Assembly: GCA_000934665.2 (NCBI GenBank)
Contig: JYFJ02002772.1
Span: forward strand, 1-51,243
Origin: Catajapyx aquilonaris
Taxonomy: Eukaryota
Reading direction: 5' to 3'
DNA length: 51,243 nucleotides
The position numbers and the translations under genes are program-made. A model generated the notes under the pieces. That model saw only the letters and a program-made list of their open reading frames with translations, was not told where the DNA came from and did not search any database. Positions 1 to 12,063 of this stretch are shown piece by piece. Each line of letters begins with the position of its first letter. Position 1 is the first letter of the stretch.

Positions 1-1407
1 GAAAAGCAGTTGGGCCAGAAAGACCGGTCAGCAATTATTGTGATAAAACCGAGCTGAATAAAAAAAAAGTATGACCCTCGGGTAAGGCGTAAAAAAAGTG
101 AAATTGCGTTATTTTCACTAGATGGTCAGCCAAAAGTGACCCCCTCGGGGTCGCATTCCGATGCATATGAAGGTTGGTATCAATGGGTGTGGGTCAAATG
201 CCAGTTTGATTTTTCGCACAAGGGCAGAGTAGCGATGTAATCAAGGTTACTAGCCCTTCTTTGGGAAGTCGGGTAATCAAGGTGGGGTAATTCCCCCCCC
301 CCCCCCNCAAAAAAAAATGCACTCATGTATGACACCCAGATTAAGCTGTAAGACCTGGCTTGAAGAAAATTGGGTATGAAATCTCACCTGTAATTTGCAC
401 CACTTTGTAAGATTACACCGGGTCGGAAGGGTACACACATATCGTACCTACCCGTTAATGGCCGGGTTCACCTCATTGCGAGACTAATGCTCCGGAAAAA
501 CTCGTTTCAGTATACAGTATTTATCCGAGGCAGCTAACTTTAAATGCTCAAATAATTTTTTTTTCCTCCATAGCTGCAATTTACGATCAGATCTGACCTT
601 CCCCAAAAACGCCCCAATAGATCAACTCCAGTTGGTGCCAAGCTCTATAATTTTCCTTCCTTGTGGTTCTGCTCGGTTCCAGGTAGCACCTGCCTGTCCA
701 TATTAAGTCCTTGAAGAGGTCTTTGTTAGGCTTGATGAGCGCTGAGAGGTTGACCGAGGAAAATGACGATTCGATTCGGCTCGATTCCTCATCTCGCAGG
801 GACTTAACCCCTTTTTCATATAAGAGATGAAGGACGACGATTGTGAAGAATACGGAAATAACCCCGAGCCAAAACCGTGAGTTATATATACAATTTTTTT
901 TTTATTTGTGCTTATACCTCGACCAATTGGTACACTTAATCGTCCTTCATCCTCCGGTGAAGCCTAACGCAGCAAAAATAGTGTGGACTCTATTTTACGC
1001 TCGCCTAACATTCACAGATGGATGCTACTCCAGAAGGTCGGTTCAAACTAGGAGAAAGGAGAAATTTTTTGGGAGACGTTTAACTGTCAGTTGGCCAAGG
1101 GAGCACTATTAGATGGTCCGGAACGACCGAGATGAAATACGCACAAAATATATACTTTTGGCCTCCAAAAGTATAATATAGGAAAGTTGAACGAGTCGGA
1201 AAGGTGGTCTGCTCATGCAAGTCTAATCCAGAGGCATAAGTTTAGTGTAGGTCGTGAGGAATATCAAAACGGGGGTGTTATAAGTTTGTTTTAGCACGTG
1301 ATCACGTTTCTTGCATGCTAAATGGCTGCCATTTAGCGGATAATATGGAGGAACTTGCCAGGGTCACTGCGAAGAGAGTTGCGATGTGTAATAACTTGAA
1401 TCGTATA

Positions 1408-1424
1408 GTGTGTGTGTGTGTGTG
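1408..1424. repeat. (GT)n microsatellite
   Basis: About 8 GT units. Confidence 0.85.
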
Positions 1425-4400
1425 AGACTCTAAAAAAAATAGGGAATAACAAATCTTGAGATATGACACAGTCGTATAAACTGTTTAGCATATTTTTATG
1501 GGTTAGGCTTGATTAATTTTACACCTTTCTTTGATGGAACTTGAATCATTCGCATAAGTGCAATGTGTGATGTGTAAATTGTCAGTTTCTCATGGTGATT
1601 AGCAGTATCATTTTGAATGTCTAATAAAATGCGAATTTTGTAACTATAAAATATTGAATTACAGCACGTTTCAACATCATTGTACAAAAATCATGCACTT
1701 CCACAAATAATAATTGTAATTTACTGAACATTAACTTTGTGGTTAAGCTGTATAAATTTCTTCTGGCCATATAAGAATGCCATTAGGAAGTTCATGTAAC
1801 TGGAATAAAAATGTTCACAAATATTAAATTACTTAACATTCTGTAATATTAACCCGTAGATTCTGTCTAGCAAGAGTTTACCCAAAACTTTACGGTACAT
1901 TATAAAATACAGCAGGGTTCGTCTCATCCCAGTTATTACTCTATTTTATGTATCCCTTCCAGTGCTGTTCAACGGGACATATAACCCGCAGGGGAAAGTC
2001 AAGGTCTTCGAAAAATCTCCGAAAAATTTTCTTCCGCACCCAGCAACTATGCTGAGTCACTAATGAAAATAATGTGAAAATTGCTGCCGCTTCTTCATGT
2101 TTTTTTTTGCAGCCAGGTGCGGCTTCCAATTTACGCAGGTGAGGCCGCAAATAAGGCCTTCAAAAAAATGCAAGTATTTACTGCTAACACCGCGACAAAA
2201 GACAGCCTGGTGACCTACGATTTACTCCGAATTGCACCCATCCGCTTGGGAATTCTTCGTAAAAAGTATCCTAATAGGCATATTCGGCATCCTTGTCCTT
2301 TTTTTTTGTTTAAAAAAAATCTCCCAGCCACTTCTTCATCCTTGCCCTCCAGTTCTGGAAAGTGGTTCACAAAAAGGGGCAGCAGCAAGCGAGACCAGGA
2401 AGAGTGCAAAAAAATGCACCGATGTGAGGGCCTGCAATTAACACCTGCGCGTTTTGGATCCGCACATGAAGGGCGCCGGTTATGCATTCAGTTAGCTTCA
2501 CTTTCATCTCAGCCCCAAAGTTGTTGAGTAATGTCATTTTTCCGACTTGTGCGAATGAGGAAGGGAGATTTTTTTTCTTTCTTCCTTTTCTTTCAAAGCT
2601 GTTTCGTAGGCGTGTTTGCACGCATTGAAACGCAGGTATGGCTAACTAGGGCAGGTCGCTTTAGGCTTTAGGAATCTGTCGATGGGAAAAGGCGAAGATG
2701 GCTTTGCCCGTGGAGCAATGAGTCATTCTTTAGCAATGAGGACGTAATATCACAATTATGATCAGTTGACAGGAAAAATAGCTTTCTAAACATACAATTT
2801 TTGAATGGTAAAATAGCTCTTATGTAAATTTTTCAGGGCGAATAGTTAATAGCATACCGGTACTAGAGAGCGATTTGGCATTTATAAAAACCGAGAAATT
2901 GATGGAAAACTGACCACCCGGTGATTGGTTTCATATTGCAACAAAGTTTCATTTTTTTTTACAATACGCAATCCCACGAAACTAAAAAATGCGGAAGAAA
3001 CACCATCGTTTACGAACAAAAAAAAGCGTGTGTGTGAATGTTCCATAATCCATCTCGAGACCTTTGTTGCTAAACTTTCTTACCTACCTTGAAGCTGTAC
3101 ATCAATTCCAAAACGTTCCATTAAAAAAAGAGAAGCGGCTTGATTAAATGAACTCGTTCTTTATTGATCTGAAGAAATAAGTTACGCACGAATTGGCTTC
3201 TCCCCCCCCCCCCCTCTTCATAATTAGAATGTATCGGTGTTGAGGGAAGCCGGTGGGCATAAGTTTTGCCAGGTGAAGGTGTAGGGCAAGGAGAGGCGAA
3301 TATAAGAAGGATCGAGTTTTCTTGGGGTCCTCTGGTTCAGGAATGCGCTTGATTTTTTTTTCCTTCTCCATCGGGTTCACCTTGAGCCACAAGGCTCGCA
3401 TCCGAAAGGAACCCTCTAGTCATGGACACACCTTATTGCATCTTCTGGACCCAAAACCCACCCACATTATTCCATCGACTTTGAAATTCCTCCATAGCGA
3501 AGGACGAAACCAGTAGCAGTGATTTTAGTGAACAGCTATTTTGAAGTAGCAGCGATTAAAAGCAGTGACTGCTATTTAAAGTAGCAGGTCAAAAGTAGCA
3601 GTCGCCGTTATTCAAAAGTAACCGCTCTTATTTTTAATAACGGATATTTTATTCCTTCACTCGCACATTCCGCCTTATATGACACTCAGCCACACTGGCC
3701 CCACCTTGGCACGCTCGATCAGGCCCGATAAATAGGTCCCGGTCAATTCGTGACCGCCACGTCACAAGACGATCTTTCTGGGGGAGGGCAGAACTGAACC
3801 CACCCTACCGAAACTTCATTAGTAGGGGCAATTGATTAATGATGCGTTTCTCCGCACGCATCCGAACAAGTGTAAAGGACATCATGATTTATCCTCGGCG
3901 GCCTCGTTAATCAAATCTAATAGTCAGAGAGTTGCATCTCAGGGTCCATGCGTCGGTGTATCAGTCGCGGCTTAAATTGTACCTGACGGTTTAGTGGTAA
4001 CGATGCCGACTGTTGCGCAACAATGCTTCTGGTCGATTGCAACAAAAAAAAACACATACACATACACACTGGAGCTGACTTTCCAGGATTTCAAGGAAGC
4101 GAAAATGCTGCGTAGGTAATCAGAACGAAAAAGTGGACAACATGACACTGCGTTGTGATATCACGCAACGGACGGTTCCGTATCCGCCTTCTTCTCCTTT
4201 ACCTCCTTGTCATGTCCACTGTCTTGTCGGAGTGTCACCACTTTCTACCCTTACATGAAAACAAAATTGCGCGAGTATCGCTCACTCGTTTTTCTTCTCT
4301 TTCGGATTTAAACTTCCGTGACGACAGTTCCGGTAGTACGGTACCTGCTTAATTTATTTGTTTTTAAACATAAAAAATTGCCCTTCCGGAATCATTCGGT

Positions 4401-4578
4401 CACGGTGCCATGGTGTACACCCAAAAGACGCTTTCGAACAATCAGCGTCGGTTCTTCTAACAAATCAGCCTGCTTATGTCAATCTTCATGACAAGCGAGA
4501 GGCTTTGCGGAAACAGCACATTCGAGCGAGTTATTTTACTAGAGCATATCTATGCTGTATTGTCTACATATAGGCCTA

Positions 4579-4812
4579 CAGGGTGTTCCCAATTTCATGG
4601 GTAGTTTTAAAATTTTTTGTAACTTGTTGTGCCCTAACCATGTGCCCCATTCTATAGCAACTGCTATATTCGGCCCCCTGGTGTCAATTACCCCAGGGGG
4701 TCGAGTTGCTATAGAATGGGTCACATTGTTATGGGCACAACAAGTTATAAAAAGTAACTACTATCGGGCGATATCTGTTATAAAAAACTACCCACGAACT
4801 TGAAACACCCTG
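4579..4812. mobile_element. Tc1/mariner-type MITE (foldback, 234 bp)
   Basis: TA|CAGGGTGTTCCCAATTTCATGGGTAGTTTT ... AAAAACTACCCACGAACTTGAAACACCCTG|TA. The interior is also largely self-complementary (taacttgttgtgccc/gggcacaacaagtta; ccattctatagcaact/agttgctatagaatgg). Confidence 0.88.
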
Positions 4813-5239
4813 TATAATGCAACAGGTTTTCTGTTACAATTACCATGTTCCCATTTGATATTACAATTGTACCATATTTTTTTTGAAACATGAAACATCC
4901 AGAAATAATTGCATGTCACTTAATTAAAAATTATTCCCACCTGCCCCTCTTCCCATAAAATATTCCGCACCTGACCATCCAATATTTGTTATTCTCCCAT
5001 CCCCCCCATAACCGATAATAATCCCCCCCCNCTGCCCGGTTTTGTTTACATCCTGTTGCCTGCGGCCACAAGAAGCGGGGCGAGGCAGGTAAGAGTGAGG
5101 CGGGCAGCAAAAGAGAAGAGAACTAGGGCAGAACCGCCCCTGAGAAGCCCCCCCTTTACCTTTAAACCACCCCACAACCAGGCAACACCACTCCCCCTAT
5201 CAGCCTAGGCGCCGTTAAAGGCTTCTCCAATCGGAAAGA

Positions 5240-6130
5240 GAAAGTCGGCGTATCAACCTTATTCGCAGCCACGAGCCTTGAGAGGGCCCCACCGACTGAA
5301 TTTTGTGTTCATTGGCTCACTAACTGAATTACCTATCCCTCCGAGGGAACTAACGGGATTGAGGGGGGGGAAGGGGGTGAATATACTGGGGGAGACAGGT
5401 AGATGCGATTTTTCGGCACAGTTTAAGGGTGGGGCGAAAATGTTGAGGGGGGGGAATGATGGTACGAAAACTAGGTCTGGTAGTAAAAGTGTAGTGAGAG
5501 TTAAAACTTAAGCACCCCGTGGTCAGGTGAGGGGGCAGCTCACTCAGCAGGTGAGAGCAAGACAGGGGGGTTGGGTCTCCGAACCTTTTCCTTCGACACA
5601 TACCATGGTGGAGGCAGCCGGAGGAGGTCACCGGTGGTGGTAGCAGGCCCTCCTCCCCAACTACCACCGACCAGGCCAACAACACACGGCAAGGCAACCG
5701 GTCCTTTTCAACTCCCTCGTGGCTTATTGCAACTCCAGACAGTGTCCGGACTGGATGTGTGTGAAGTTGGCTTGGTGCGTTTTCGTGCTATTGTTGTGTT
5801 GGATTGTTGCCTCGATGGTGACCCGTGTGGACTGACTGATCTGGAGACGCAGGAGTTTGGTGAGTGGTTTTTTGAAACACAAAATGTATAGAGGGTGTTT
5901 GAATCTTCCCGCCCTGTTGAAGCACATGTTGAAGGAGTGAGAGTGAATGGATGGAATTGCGTGTCAGGCGGATGTTAGAGGGGATGATTGATGCTGCAAA
6001 TGGTGTTGAAGTCGTGTGTAGGATTTTTGGGGTCTGAACCGAGATGCCGGCCTGTTATGTATTGCGGCGGAGGCAACGTGCCTGTCAGTGAGAAGCATGA
6101 GTAGGTTTCAGGCGTGTACCGGTCAGACGG
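5240..6130 (-). mobile_element. Possible decayed 3' part of a non-LTR retrotransposon (I/Jockey/Ingi-like)
   Basis: Minus-strand peptide fragments RLTG..LKPT, SLTGTLPP, HPLY and THIQSGHC recall post-RT motifs of these LINEs (ITGCLKPT, LAGIAPP, LRSGHC). The region is frameshifted, has stops, and shows strong strand skew. Confidence 0.35.
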
Positions 6131-9100
6131 AATTTTTGGCATGGACTCAAATTACTCATCGCGGAAATACCTGTTTCGTACATTGTATAGTGCAAGTAGC
6201 GTTTGTTAAACGGTATCAATTGTGGCCAGCATGCGCAAGCCCAATATACAGTAAGGCCAAATTAATGCATAATCGCAAAAGCGCACAAGTTGTAGTGAAG
6301 CACTGGATTTTTTTACTTACAAAAAGTGTGTGGATTCAAAACGTCTGAATTATTTTTAGTGGCCTTTACTACGGCATTATTTATTATTTCACACCCATTA
6401 TTTGAAAGTCAAAATATTCCCTAAATTGACTTAGGCGAATAAATTTTCCGCCAATTTCAGTAAAACAACTCGGTGTAAAATGTGCAAAATTACTACAAAA
6501 TAGTCCGTTATTGTAGAAATTTATCCACCAGCACTGGGTGCTGTAAGTGTAGAAAATGTGAAAACCTATTCAAAATTGTGCTCCAAGAGGCAAATATTAA
6601 TATCCATAATCATACAGCGATTTCAAGTGGTGAATGCCATTCAAAATGACTTATTAAATTGTAATCCAAGAGGCAAGAGTGCTAAATATAAATTTCTAAT
6701 ATCCATTTATAAACATAATATTTTGCATGCAACACCCGCGCCGGTTGGCTATTCCGTGCATTAAAAGCATCTTCCCCCCCTTTTTTTGCCTTTACTTCAG
6801 CACGAGGAGAAATCACTCTAATCTCCACCATTGTGAATAACCATGATTCCAAAAAGACTGCCCTATACCCCCAGGTCACCACGGCAAAAAACCATCAGTG
6901 AATATGCTATACGATATTGCGTGTTGCGTTTAGTCAGTGAGAGGAGGGAGGGGTCAAATTCGAGGGCTACTGATGGGAAGTGGGAAGGGAATGTAAGTGG
7001 AAGAGAAGGGAAGAAAATTGATCTTAAAAAAAATTTTAACAAATAAAAAAAAGAGAGAAGAAGGAGGTGGAGGGAGGCTTTGGGCCAGGTAGCTCTAGAG
7101 AAGCCGGCTTCTGGGGCCCAGTGGCCCTAAAGAGGAGTGAAAGTGCATGGAGGGCTTGCCCTCATCCCTCAGCTCCCTTTTATATGACACACCCAAGCCT
7201 TGGGCTGTAGACCTGCCCCGCCAACTCTCTTCTGGTGATGGTGATGGTGACGTGTGGAGACCAGCGATGGCCATCTTTTTTTTTTAACGGAGCAATGGCG
7301 GCAATTTCGTCACCAATGAGGAAAAATTTGAAATGTACGTTTACTGTTGAAGGAAGTGTCTTCAGGATGAGTACAAAACTCGATTTTTTAAAAACTAATG
7401 TGAAGTGGGAGGTTTATTAGAAAATAACATTTACATCTGATTAGGTATTAAATTGCTCGTTGGAGCAACTGGCCTGGGGCAGGAGAAAAACTGAGTTGAA
7501 CCAGTACTTTCAGTCCTTTTTCATTGCGGTTGCACGGTGCAATTAGTGTCGTGGTGTGGTGTTGCGATAATTTCTAGATACAGTTAAGTGCTCAATGTGT
7601 GCATGGGCATCTGATTAAACCGATGCGGACAGTAACTGCCGAATTATTGCCTGATTACCCGGAAGAGCAAGCTAATGATGACATTCAAGTCTGGAGGTAA
7701 AATCTAAAAGGAATTTGTATAAATATTTGAACATTTTATGCGATATCAAATAAATTACAATTATAAATCGCGATTGAAAAAGTGGCTGCGTGAATAGACA
7801 TTTCAGGTTATGTAAGGGCATAATGAGCCCCCCTCTGTACGGTATAAACGGAATGAATCAGAGTTCTGCTTCACGGCCTATTGACACCTGTAAAGAAATT
7901 GTGCGGTTTTATCCGAGTCACCCATTTCCCCACAAAAAAGCGCCATATATGGGTTACTGCGTTCTTTCACGCCTGGTGTAACACTGCCCTGGAGGTCACA
8001 AGTTGCCCAATGCGCAATGTTTTTTTTAAATGTATAAGTTTGTCATTCCAAAAAATATATAGAAAGGAAGCAAGCAAGTTACGGCACATGAGCTGGGAAT
8101 GCCAAGTACCATTTTCCTTTTCGCCGCCTTTACCATAACAGCGATAACACCTTACCGAAACGGTGGTCAGCAGGCGAGAGATGCTGTTTTCACCTTCTCT
8201 TGACGATTACGTGGTCATTAAGTTTTTTAATCTAGATGAGAAAACCAGGAAGGCATTCACCCTTTTTTTTTGCAACAGAGATGATTTTAGCAAAGAGGTG
8301 TGGCCAGTAGAGCTCGCCGTTTGTTTGTCCATCTCTAGAAGAGTTTGAAGGAAAAGTGAAAATATTTTTTATATATATAAAGGAAGGCTGTAAGTTACTG
8401 CTGGAGCGTGATGGATTCGCTCGGTTACTGTTTCGTGTGGATTACTCTGCACGCATCCACGGTGATGGAAACGTCGATTTCACTTACGGTAACGCGTTGA
8501 GTAACGGAAGAGCTTGTCAACTTTTGTCTGCAACTGTCGTCCCAGCAGCAATTAATGCAAATTTTTATCTACGATTATTTTGTATGTGTTGAATACGCCA
8601 GATTCATGAACCTCCGGGAGCTCATAAATCTGGAGGTAAATCACATGGGTTCGGATGCAAAACGGTCACGAGCGCATCATTGCACCCTACCTCTGATGGC
8701 TAGTTTGGAGATCGAGAGAAAGGACCTTCAGGAGGCCTGGTCCTCGGCAAGGTACAATAAAGGAGCTCCCGTACACCTTCCATAATAATCATTATTGGAA
8801 AAGACTCAAGGACGTCCCCGAGACAAGCGCTAGATGTTACACACTGATAGATGTTGGGGAGGGTTATTACCTGGCCAGGGCTCACCGTTATCTGAAAATT
8901 CTCACCCATTTTCGCAAGGGAGGTGAGGGGCGTGGAGGGTTCAACGTTGGAGGAGAAGGCAAAAGACCACTTCTTTTTTTCTGGAGTTCCAGGACCATAA
9001 AGTGTGATTGAGGCTCAATAAAAGCGAGGCAGGGAACAATCGGCAGTTTTTTGAAGGGGGGGAAAGGTGGTGGCGATCTCTTCCGCAACGCTCGTGGCAC

Positions 9101-11747
9101 GATGTGGAAGGCCGCTGTTTGCGAAAACGGTGCAAAATGATCGGATATTGATATAGGTGCTGGTTTTGCTTGTAAGGGGCTGTAAATTTTGTCGGAGGAA
9201 TAAGGACAAGGTGACTTGCTGAGTGCAAAGTTTGCCAATTTTTCTGCTAATTTATACGAAATTTTGATTGAAAGCTAAAGAAAATCGTGTAACAAGTGCT
9301 GTTGAAATCTTACAAGATACAGTACATCTGATAAAAGACTGACCCATTACTATGTAACTTTTTCTTCAATTTGTGTAACATATTAAACTTTGAACAAATT
9401 GCTGGTATAATTTAGTTGAGTCATCTAGTTGGGTGCTAATGTAACACACTCAAAATCATTTCTCGCTGATTTTTTCATGTATTTCTCATGAAGACTCCAC
9501 GACTTTCATGTGTAACAAGTCATCAGTGTCGAGTCATTGCCATCAACAAAATTTTTTTTGCATTCTTATCCTTCCTTGCACGTTCCAAACTCGAATCTAA
9601 CAATCCAGATTGGCTTGGCATATTACCCAATATTCAGGTTGTAGCAATGCAACATCCCCATTCTGTGTAGCACGTTTCTTTTTCCAGGCTATGGAATGCG
9701 CGCGACATCAACCCCCTCCAGCTTTAAAAAAAAATAAAAAAAAAACCCACCATAAATTCGCATAATTTTCTCCGTCGGAATGGAACATAGAGCAAAAAGT
9801 GCATAAAATGAGTCTCCCCATGAGAGAACGGGCACGTTAATAGAGCAGTTAGGCTGGAAAGGTAGTGGGCCACTTAAGCACCCTGTAGCTGTCACCCGAA
9901 ACCTTGTGGAAGCTTGGCGGTCGTGACGAGGCGGATGGGATGAGAAGGATCATTATCCCGAGCCTAGTCAGAGGGAGTCTGCTTCGAGGATCACGAGTCC
10001 GCAATATTTCCAGACCCAACCTAGGTAGGTAGGTTGGGTTGTGGATGGAGAGGGGGGGTACAAGAACAACAAAAAAAAAAATAAAACGAGGGACGGATAT
10101 GAGGAAGGGTTGCTTAAGGTATCCCGCTAGGCGGGGCCTGGGTTGTAATTTGGAGGAGAAGTCAGATGCTGCTGGTGGGTGTAATTGCGAAACAGCAATT
10201 GTATAATTGCACTTTCGATGTTGTACCGTAACTATACTCACAGATGGGTGAATTTGTTGTGGTTGAATGGTGGATCCAACAAACAACTAGAGCTGATGTG
10301 ACAGATGACAGAATGTGGCAGAAGACAATCATGTCATGTCTGCCACATGTCATATTCCACGCGTGATAACTTATGTTGAGCACGTTTTGGTCACTTCCGA
10401 CCTAGATAATTATGAACCTAGGTTGCAGAAGCTTGTCCTCAACATCACACCTGCCCTGACCTCTAACCTTGTTGATATTAACCTGTCGATCAAAGCAATT
10501 ATCCTGTCGACCCTTACACACCTATGAAAAACCACCCAAAAATCATGTCACGTTTCCCATGGGGTGTACCTTCACGTAGCACGGGGATTCACGTAGCACA
10601 GAAGAAAAACAAACTAGGTCCTGCAATCGACTTGTGATGAGATCATTCTTATAATATCTCCCAGTAGCTAAGCTTGGTCAAACCTGCTTTTCTTGCCTGG
10701 GATTTTTATGGCGCGCTCCAGATTCCAGATGGAAAGTCTTCTGTACCAGAAGCTGCGTTCGGGAGAGTGATGTGTCACAACGTTGTCTTAGTAGACACGT
10801 GCGATTGCGTGATCTGGGGCAAGACCCCTCGGAGCGATGGAGATTGAGGAATGGAAAGGAAGAGAAGGCTCTTTCAGATGGGGAGGGTTGTTCCTATCCA
10901 TACATAATGAGAGGTGGAATGTGTTTCTTGGGCGATCTGCCAAGTTCTTCTTCGTCAGTTAACCTCGAGGGGTTGGTAGGGCGAGGTTGGAGCATCCTTG
11001 ATCATCTTGAAGAAGACGGGGGAAAAAAATTGACTGGTTTTTCTGCAATTTGCCCTGGAGTTGGGACATTTCTGGTTCAGATTTGGGTGTGGCGAAGCTT
11101 AAGGTTTTTACCATTTTATTGTGGTTTTTGCATTCTGGAGGACGGGTTTACGACGTGTGCAAACTGTGCGTCAAAAAGTTGCTCCGGCCCGCAAATTAGC
11201 TCCATAAAACTGCGGTTTTGCTACTGTCACAGAGAAAAAACAGGAGAGAAAAAATGGGAAGTGAAAAAGTGGACGTTTTAATGCCGGCTTTAAAATAATG
11301 TGTGTATAAATCCATATTTCACGGGCTGCCCACAGACTTGCGGTTGTACAGATGCAAGGTCTCCGCCTGGTAATTAATAACGGCTGTGGATAAGAAGCTG
11401 GAATCTATTGGGCTTGGCTTTTCCTCCACATGAAGTCTGTTGTGTGTGTGTTGGGGTGGAGATCGGTGAAAGTTCAACCCATCCATTAAGACCAAATGGG
11501 GAAGTTTCGTGGCTCATCCTGGCGTTAGAACAGGCAGAGAGAAATCGACTACCGTGCCGGAGAGAATCAGATTTTTTTTTTACCGTCTTAACATTCAGTC
11601 CAGATTTTGATAAATAAAAATAATCGCAACAACATTTTTGTACAATAAATTCGACATTGCTCATAATTTATTGCAGTTATTATTAACGTACATAAGCAGA
11701 TTTTAAAATAACGAAATGAACAGAAGTTTAAATCGGTTTATTATTTA

Positions 11748-12063
11748 CTAGCTGCGGCACCCGGCGTTGCCCGGGAAGAAATGAATGAAGGGAAAACATC
11801 TGCCAGCCAGTACCCCCGTCAACTGTCTGTCTTTCTGTGTGTCCGCCCATCTGTGGTCCTGCTACTCCAACACCTTCAACCTCTCCCGCCTGTATAACGG
11901 CAACCGTCATTTCCCTGCCATCTGTAGTCAACCCCCAACATCTCCATCCTCTCCCGGCCTGGGGGTGGAGCACAGATGGCAGGCAAATGACGGCTGGCAG
12001 GCGGACAGACAGACAGAGAGAGAGAGAGACAGACAGGCTCACAAACGGCTTTATTTATATAGA
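11748..12063 (-). mobile_element. Non-autonomous Helitron (316 bp)
   Basis: The minus strand starts 5'-TCTATATAAATAAA and ends with hairpin CCCGG-GCAACG-CCGGG, 8 nt, then CTAG-3'. It is inserted between A and T with no TSD, and carries an internal (CTGT)n/(CT)n microsatellite near the 5' end. These are canonical Helitron hallmarks. Confidence 0.88.

Noticed and set aside
1851..1900. AACCCGTAGAT matching the 5' end of miR-100
   Set aside because: Only 11 nt match, the rest diverges, and there is no convincing precursor hairpin.
1960..1973. CAGTGCTGTTCAAC, also at 46788-46801, as a hAT TIR
   Set aside because: No partner TIR or TSD was found for either copy, so element boundaries cannot be supported.
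2081..11281. Longer ORF-track entries such as 2081..2527 and 10772..11281
   Set aside because: They have no domains, non-ATG starts, homopolymer-rich sequence and lengths compatible with chance.
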